In this document: positions 35,636 to 39,943 of the stretch, piece after piece
How positions within the stretch are numbered: the first letter of the stretch is position 1
Layout of the letters: each line of letters opens with the position of its first letter
IMG/VR virus record: IMGVR_UViG_3300048016_000221
Location: 1 to 39,943 of that record
Strand: one strand, 5' to 3'
DNA: 39,943 nt
Origin: a virus
Lineage: Duplodnaviria > Caudoviricetes
Notes under the pieces: generated by a model
Database searches by the model: none
Told to the model about the DNA's origin: nothing
Seen by the model: only the letters and a program-made list of their open reading frames with translations
Position numbers and translations under genes: made by a program

Positions 35636-36941
35636 GCCTGTATCCTCCTTGGTACGCTTCCCGCACGAAGTTCGGCGTGGTGGTGGCCGGATATTCTTCC
35701 CCGGTGCAGTGAACGCCAGTGATGCCAATGTGGTAGGAACGGGAGGCGGTGGGTAGGAGGCACTTCAAGCCGCTCTTGGGCCGCACGCGCAGGCTGATGT
35801 TCCAGTCCCAGCCGGAGGAGGTTTCGTCGGCGTTGCCGCTGGTGTAGTCGAAGTCCCAAGTGTCTCTCAAATGGGCGTCCCACATTCGGCGCGAGGTGCC
35901 CCAGATGTTGCCGGTGAAGGTGTCTTCCAGCACGAACTTTGAAGGGTCGGTATCGCTTGATGCCCCGACGTTCTTGGCGCAGACGGCGAGTGCTTCCTGC
36001 CGACGTGTAGCCTCGAAGAAGTTCAGGATGTCTGGCGACACCAGAAAGTCGTCCTCGGCCAAAATCACGAAAGGGGCGAGTTGCACCTTGAACATGTTCT
36101 CGAACAGGTGCCAAGGGTTGCGCAGCACCCCCAGCCGCTCGCGGTTGTGGTGTAGAATGACGGGCACTGGGCAGAGCATTTCAAAAGCCTGGATAACCGC
36201 CACGGTGGCGCGCTTGTCTTCGTGTGGCTCGATGAAGAAATGCACTGCTGACACGAGGGGCAGTTCGGTGTTCAGCCATGATTTCAGCGATCTCTCCAGC
36301 AACTCCGACCTGCCGCAGACGGTGAAGGCCAGCGCCATCTGCTTGTGCAACTGCTGCCGCGCTAGGCTACCTTGCCGGTAGCGTTCAGACGAGTTGCTGT
36401 TGCGCGACACTTCATCCTCCGCGCCATACCCCTGTGATGGGTTGGCATGCAGGAACTCCACGTCGGAAGCGTCCACGAAGCCACGGGCAACGGCTTGGTC
36501 GGTGAAGAAGTCGTCGCAGTACACCGAGTAGAACTTCGGATGGAACAGGTACCCCAGCTCCTGGTAGAATGTTCGTGAGATGATCGGATGACAGATCAGG
36601 CCGTCCTTGCGGTGCTTGTCGCCCACCTTGAGCACGTCGGCACCGGCCATGCGCGATATGATGATCTCGTCCCAGCCGTGCGGTGGCTCCCAGTCATCAT
36701 CCAGCGTCACCAGGATGTCACCTGTGCTGTCAGCCGCCGCCACGTTCCAAGCGCGCACCGGGCCTTGTGGCGACCACACCACCACGGCACCGGGGAACTC
36801 TGCACGGCTGGCAACGTCATCGGCGTCAACGGCGGTGACGACCTCAATGCTGGCACGGTTGTCGGCACGCGAGAGCCAGAGTTCCTGGCACTTGCGGGCA
36901 GCGGCGGGACGACGGGTGGCGTGGAGGAGGGAAATTTTCAC
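35625..36941 (-). CDS. Two-domain GT-A glycosyltransferase (GT2-like plus GT13/GnT-I-like)
   Basis: Domain 1: KISLLHATRR..DADD..WNVAAADSTGDILVTLDDDW..YCDD. Domain 2: FTVCGRSELLERSLKSW..LGV..FVILAEDDFLVSPD..WGT..W..GWDW..SRSYHIG. Confidence 0.8.
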   Translation of the reverse strand: MKISLLHATRRPAAARKCQELWLSRADNRASIEVVTAVDADDVASRAEFPGAVVVWSPQGPVRAWNVAAADSTGDILVTLDDDWEPPHGWDEIIISRMAGADVLKVGDKHRKDGLICHPIISRTFYQELGYLFHPKFYSVYCDDFFTDQAVARGFVDASDVEFLHANPSQGYGAEDEVSRNSNSSERYRQGSLARQQLHKQMALAFTVCGRSELLERSLKSWLNTELPLVSAVHFFIEPHEDKRATVAVIQAFEMLCPVPVILHHNRERLGVLRNPWHLFENMFKVQLAPFVILAEDDFLVSPDILNFFEATRRQEALAVCAKNVGASSDTDPSKFVLEDTFTGNIWGTSRRMWDAHLRDTWDFDYTSGNADETSSGWDWNISLRVRPKSGLKCLLPTASRSYHIGITGVHCTGEEYPATTTPNFVREAYQGGYRHDL

Positions 36942-37354
36942 AGTGGCAGGGCGAGTTGAGTGCCGTCGTCAGGTTCGACTTGTGGCATAGGCACGAGTTT
37001 TCTCACCAGCTCCGGCAGCTTCAGTGCCAGCACGTCTTCCTGAATGGAGCCGTCGTCCGAGGTGTAGGCTTCGACGCCGATGGCGGCACCGCATTCGTCG
37101 ATGATGCCACGGTAAAACTCGACACCCTTGTAGGCGTGTGCAGCGGTCTGCATCCAAGCCGCCAGTCGGCGAGCGAAGGCGGCGGCGAGACGCGCATCCA
37201 TTGGGATGTCCTTGGTTTCCTCATCGGTCCAGCACTGTGCCGTTATTTGGATAGCTTCCTCCTTGTAGTCGTAGGGCTGCGGTGTGTCGCCTTCAACGAG
37301 TGGCGGCGGTTCTGGCACTGCGTGAGGAGCGCCGTTGGGGAGGAAGAGTTTCAT
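36938..37354 (-). CDS. Hypothetical phage protein
   Basis: 138 aa, coupled to both neighbours. Confidence 0.7.
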   Translation of the reverse strand: MKLFLPNGAPHAVPEPPPLVEGDTPQPYDYKEEAIQITAQCWTDEETKDIPMDARLAAAFARRLAAWMQTAAHAYKGVEFYRGIIDECGAAIGVEAYTSDDGSIQEDVLALKLPELVRKLVPMPQVEPDDGTQLALPL

Positions 37355-37503
37355 ACGAGTTTTGCGTTGGTGGTAAGACGCCGCACCTGCTTTTCAAGGG
37401 TTTCGATCTGCTCTTGCAGCACCAGCAGGATGTCGAGTATGTCTTGCGTGGTGTCCTCGCTGGGAACCAAGTCACATTCAAGTATCTGTTCGCGGATGGT
37501 CAT
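37351..37503 (-). CDS. 50-aa coiled-coil hypothetical protein
   Basis: MTIREQILECDLVPSEDTTQDILDILLVLQEQIETLEKQVRRLTTNAKLV*; ATGA overlap with 37354. Not in the track. Confidence 0.65.
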   Translation of the reverse strand: MTIREQILECDLVPSEDTTQDILDILLVLQEQIETLEKQVRRLTTNAKLV

Positions 37504-37533
37504 GCTCGGGTTTCACGGATGATAGGATGAATG

Positions 37534-39528
37534 TCAACTGAATCTTGTCTGATCAGCAAACCCACCCACGCTGCTGAGCGTTGGCACGTTCAAATCGGAG
37601 AACCTAGCCTTCCCCGTGCGTCCGGTCACTGCCGCTTCCAGGGCGGCGTGGCGCTCCGCAGCACGGCTCAGGGGGGATGACGGCAGCGGCTTGCGCGGAG
37701 CGGCTCGCACCAGCGAGGACAGCCCGTGGCGGCGACGGGCAATCTCGATGCAACCAAAGAAGGCATCGGCGCGGTCAGGGCTGCGCCCGTTGGTGCGCTG
37801 CTTCATAATCTTCTTGGACTCCACCTCGACCTTCTCCCGATCCACCAGCTTGTACATTCTCGCGCACATCTGAATGCAGGTCTCGGGGTCGAGACCGCGA
37901 ATCTGTCCCGCCTTCATAAAATCCTTGCCGACGTACCACAACTCACTCACGCGGTTGGCGAACCGGTCCTTCCCGCTGCGCGAGTTGGTGGTGCCGACGG
38001 TCTTGTCCGATGGCGCTCCGGCGAAGCTCACCATCTGGAATCCCCGGCCCATGGTGATCGCCATGAGCGAGGAGAACGGGTCGCCTGCCCCCGTGCTATC
38101 CACCCCCCGATCCTCCACTTTGATCCCGCGTTTGGTGCATTCTTCATGGAACAGATTCACCAACTGCTGGTTGCGATCCACCTCCTTGTTGCTGGCGTCC
38201 ACCCTCGCCATAAGGTTGATAGTCTCCACCCGTTCGATGCCCTTGACGTTGCGCTGGTGGATGGGTGAATAGTACTCGCCGATGCGGCAGACACACATGG
38301 GCGCTTCATCGCCACCGTGGCTGAAAGCTGGATCGAGGAAGGCATTCATCACTGAGGAGTTCAGCCAGGTGGACACCTTGCCCTGGCTACCGCTGGAGAT
38401 GATCTCCACCTCGGTGTAGATGGCGTTGGCGTCGCCATCGGGAGACAGGTAGCCGCGCACCATGCGGTAGTACTCCGGCGAGCGGGGGCCAAGGCTCTCG
38501 CGCAGGTCCGTGACGGTGCGCAGACTGAGAATGCCTTTCCACACTTCCCGACCGGCGAGCACGTTGGGACTCTTCTCACCATCGAAGCGGATGCAGTAGC
38601 CGCGCTTGGTCTTCCAGCCGTCGAAGGTCTCATCTACCGTGGACCAGCCTTCATCCGGCTCCATGAACACGCCGAGCGGATCAAAGGGCGATGTCGGGTT
38701 GCCGATGCCGATGAATTGCAGGTACTCGTTGGACTGCAAGTTGGTGATGGCGGTGTTGTAGAGCGTGTGCGTGAGCAGCGGCAATTCATCCGCGATGAAG
38801 ATCACACAGCGGTTCTTGAAGCCAATCTTGGTGGAGGCATCTTTGTCCTGCCCCTTGCCCCCAGCAACGAGTGTGATCCCCGAGAGCTGGTTCTGGCGAC
38901 CATCAGGATTCACCCGCACGATCTTCCCGGTGGATGAGATGAGCTTGGCCTGCATGTACTGCTCGCCGCCGAAGAAGCGGCAAATTTCCGCCCAGTAACC
39001 TTCGACCACGCCCCAGATACGACCGCGAGACTCGTCCAGCGAGGTCGAGGTGATGAACACCTTCACATACTCAGGTGACGCAATCGGCGCATCGGGGAAG
39101 CGCGCACCAATAAGGAAGCGGCCAATGGCGTAGAGGGCGAAAAATTCAGACTTGGAGCATGAAGCGTGACCGGCGACGGCGAGGAAGTTGTTCTTGTAGG
39201 CTTCCTCCAACATCCGCATGGCGTACGGGTTCCACTCGAAGCGGTAGCGCGGGTTCGTCTCAGGCCGGTCCAGCATCAACGTGATGAACCGGCGGAAGTG
39301 CCACGTCCACGGGTTCAACTGGCTGCCGGGGAGGGCCACCACGGCGCCGTAATTGCCACAGATGTACTTCTCAATGGCGACCTCCTGCAACAGGTCATAG
39401 CCTGCCGAGGTCTTGGGCACTCCGGGGAGCCGCTTCCACCATCGACCATATCGGGCGACGTGCGTGCGCCCGCTGGCGGCGGGCTGCGGCGGGACCGGCT
39501 TGGCTTTGGTGGGGGCGGCAGGCATCAA
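37534..39528 (-). CDS. terL: Terminase large subunit
   Basis: LAVAGHASCSKS (Walker A variant), VIFIADE (Walker B), GIGNP (motif III), RFDGEKSPN, nuclease motifs FLDPAF..GGD, VDSTGAG and SPDRADA. Confidence 0.9.
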   Translation of the reverse strand: MMPAAPTKAKPVPPQPAASGRTHVARYGRWWKRLPGVPKTSAGYDLLQEVAIEKYICGNYGAVVALPGSQLNPWTWHFRRFITLMLDRPETNPRYRFEWNPYAMRMLEEAYKNNFLAVAGHASCSKSEFFALYAIGRFLIGARFPDAPIASPEYVKVFITSTSLDESRGRIWGVVEGYWAEICRFFGGEQYMQAKLISSTGKIVRVNPDGRQNQLSGITLVAGGKGQDKDASTKIGFKNRCVIFIADELPLLTHTLYNTAITNLQSNEYLQFIGIGNPTSPFDPLGVFMEPDEGWSTVDETFDGWKTKRGYCIRFDGEKSPNVLAGREVWKGILSLRTVTDLRESLGPRSPEYYRMVRGYLSPDGDANAIYTEVEIISSGSQGKVSTWLNSSVMNAFLDPAFSHGGDEAPMCVCRIGEYYSPIHQRNVKGIERVETINLMARVDASNKEVDRNQQLVNLFHEECTKRGIKVEDRGVDSTGAGDPFSSLMAITMGRGFQMVSFAGAPSDKTVGTTNSRSGKDRFANRVSELWYVGKDFMKAGQIRGLDPETCIQMCARMYKLVDREKVEVESKKIMKQRTNGRSPDRADAFFGCIEIARRRHGLSSLVRAAPRKPLPSSPLSRAAERHAALEAAVTGRTGKARFSDLNVPTLSSVGGFADQTRFS

Positions 39529-39719
39529 GGCATGAGTTTGAGTGTTGCGACGGCTTTTGCCGTCTGCTTGTCGTACCCGGCCAGTACGCTACGCACCCGC
39601 GCCACGTCCAGCGGTTGCAGTTCGCCGGGATCGCAGACCAGCCACGCTTTCACCTCGGCTTGCAGACCGATGGCAGCGCCCATCGTGGCGAGTTGGTCGA
39701 TGAGTTGCTCGATGGTCAC
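39525..39719 (-). CDS. Hypothetical protein
   Basis: 64 aa, coupled to terL and to the DUF5664 gene. Confidence 0.6.
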   Translation of the reverse strand: MTIEQLIDQLATMGAAIGLQAEVKAWLVCDPGELQPLDVARVRSVLAGYDKQTAKAVATLKLMP

Positions 39720-39943
39720 GGCTTCGGGTTGGTAGAGGGTGGCCGGTTGTCCACCAGCGTCCCGTGCTGGCGGGCGTCCAGCACGATGCCACAGCCAGCG
39801 GCCACGCAGCCGAGGTGGTGTGCGCCGGAGTCGGGGTCAACGTCCTCGCCGTCGATCAGCATGTCAATGTGACGCTTCATCGCGCCGAGGTAGATCATCA
39901 TCTCCACCTTGTTGGTGCGCCAGTTGAAGATACCGTACTTGGC
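39716..39943 (-). CDS. 5'-truncated DUF5664 (dATP/dGTP diphosphohydrolase domain) protein
   Basis: Frame is open to the window edge: AKYGIFNWRTNK..Y..AMKRHI....GEDVDPDSGAHHL..AA, the family signature. Confidence 0.8.
   Translation of the reverse strand, partial: AKYGIFNWRTNKVEMMIYLGAMKRHIDMLIDGEDVDPDSGAHHLGCVAAGCGIVLDARQHGTLVDNRPPSTNPKP

Larger units (their letters stand above)
1..39943. mobile_element. Tailed dsDNA bacteriophage genome segment (podovirus-like morphogenesis, lysis and packaging genes)
   Basis: Portal-scaffold-capsid gene order, large terminase with ATPase and nuclease motifs, amidase endolysin, HNH, dense ATGA-coupled genes, no host housekeeping genes. No integrase or att site is visible, so prophage versus free phage cannot be decided. 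Confidence 0.95.

Noticed and set aside
37504-37537. Promoter TTGACA at the terL stop (and TTGACC at 13882)
   Set aside because: Good -35 but no convincing -10 at 16-18 bp; mentioned only as part of the pattern.

Overview
This window is about 40 kb of a GC-rich tailed dsDNA phage (Caudoviricetes, podovirus-like; no tape measure, tail tube or sheath seen). From left to right: (1) 1-1455, small accessory genes separated by 93-bp attC-like palindromes with integron-cassette end complementarity. (2) 1539-32592 (+), a morphogenesis block: portal, scaffold, major capsid, a fibre preceded by a stand-alone copy of its N-terminal peptide, lysis genes (holin-like, DUF1353, Amidase_2), a collagen-like protein followed by a Maf/DUF115-like transferase, an HNH endonuclease, an adaptor, putative ejection proteins, and a 4547-aa polyvalent protein (kinase, GHKL ATPase, four HExxH zincins, two ART-like domains, LPD23, SAP). 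(3) 32589-39943 (-), a convergent block: DUF5664, large terminase, three glycosyltransferase-like genes, and two aberrant tRNA-like elements. The most unusual signals are a twin-arginine-signal protein inside the GT cluster that carries two segments of the phage's own major capsid protein in reversed order, the candidate virion-glycosylation system around it, integron-like cassettes in a phage, and a probable overprinted gene in a linker of the giant protein. All family calls are by motif recognition by eye; no searches were run.
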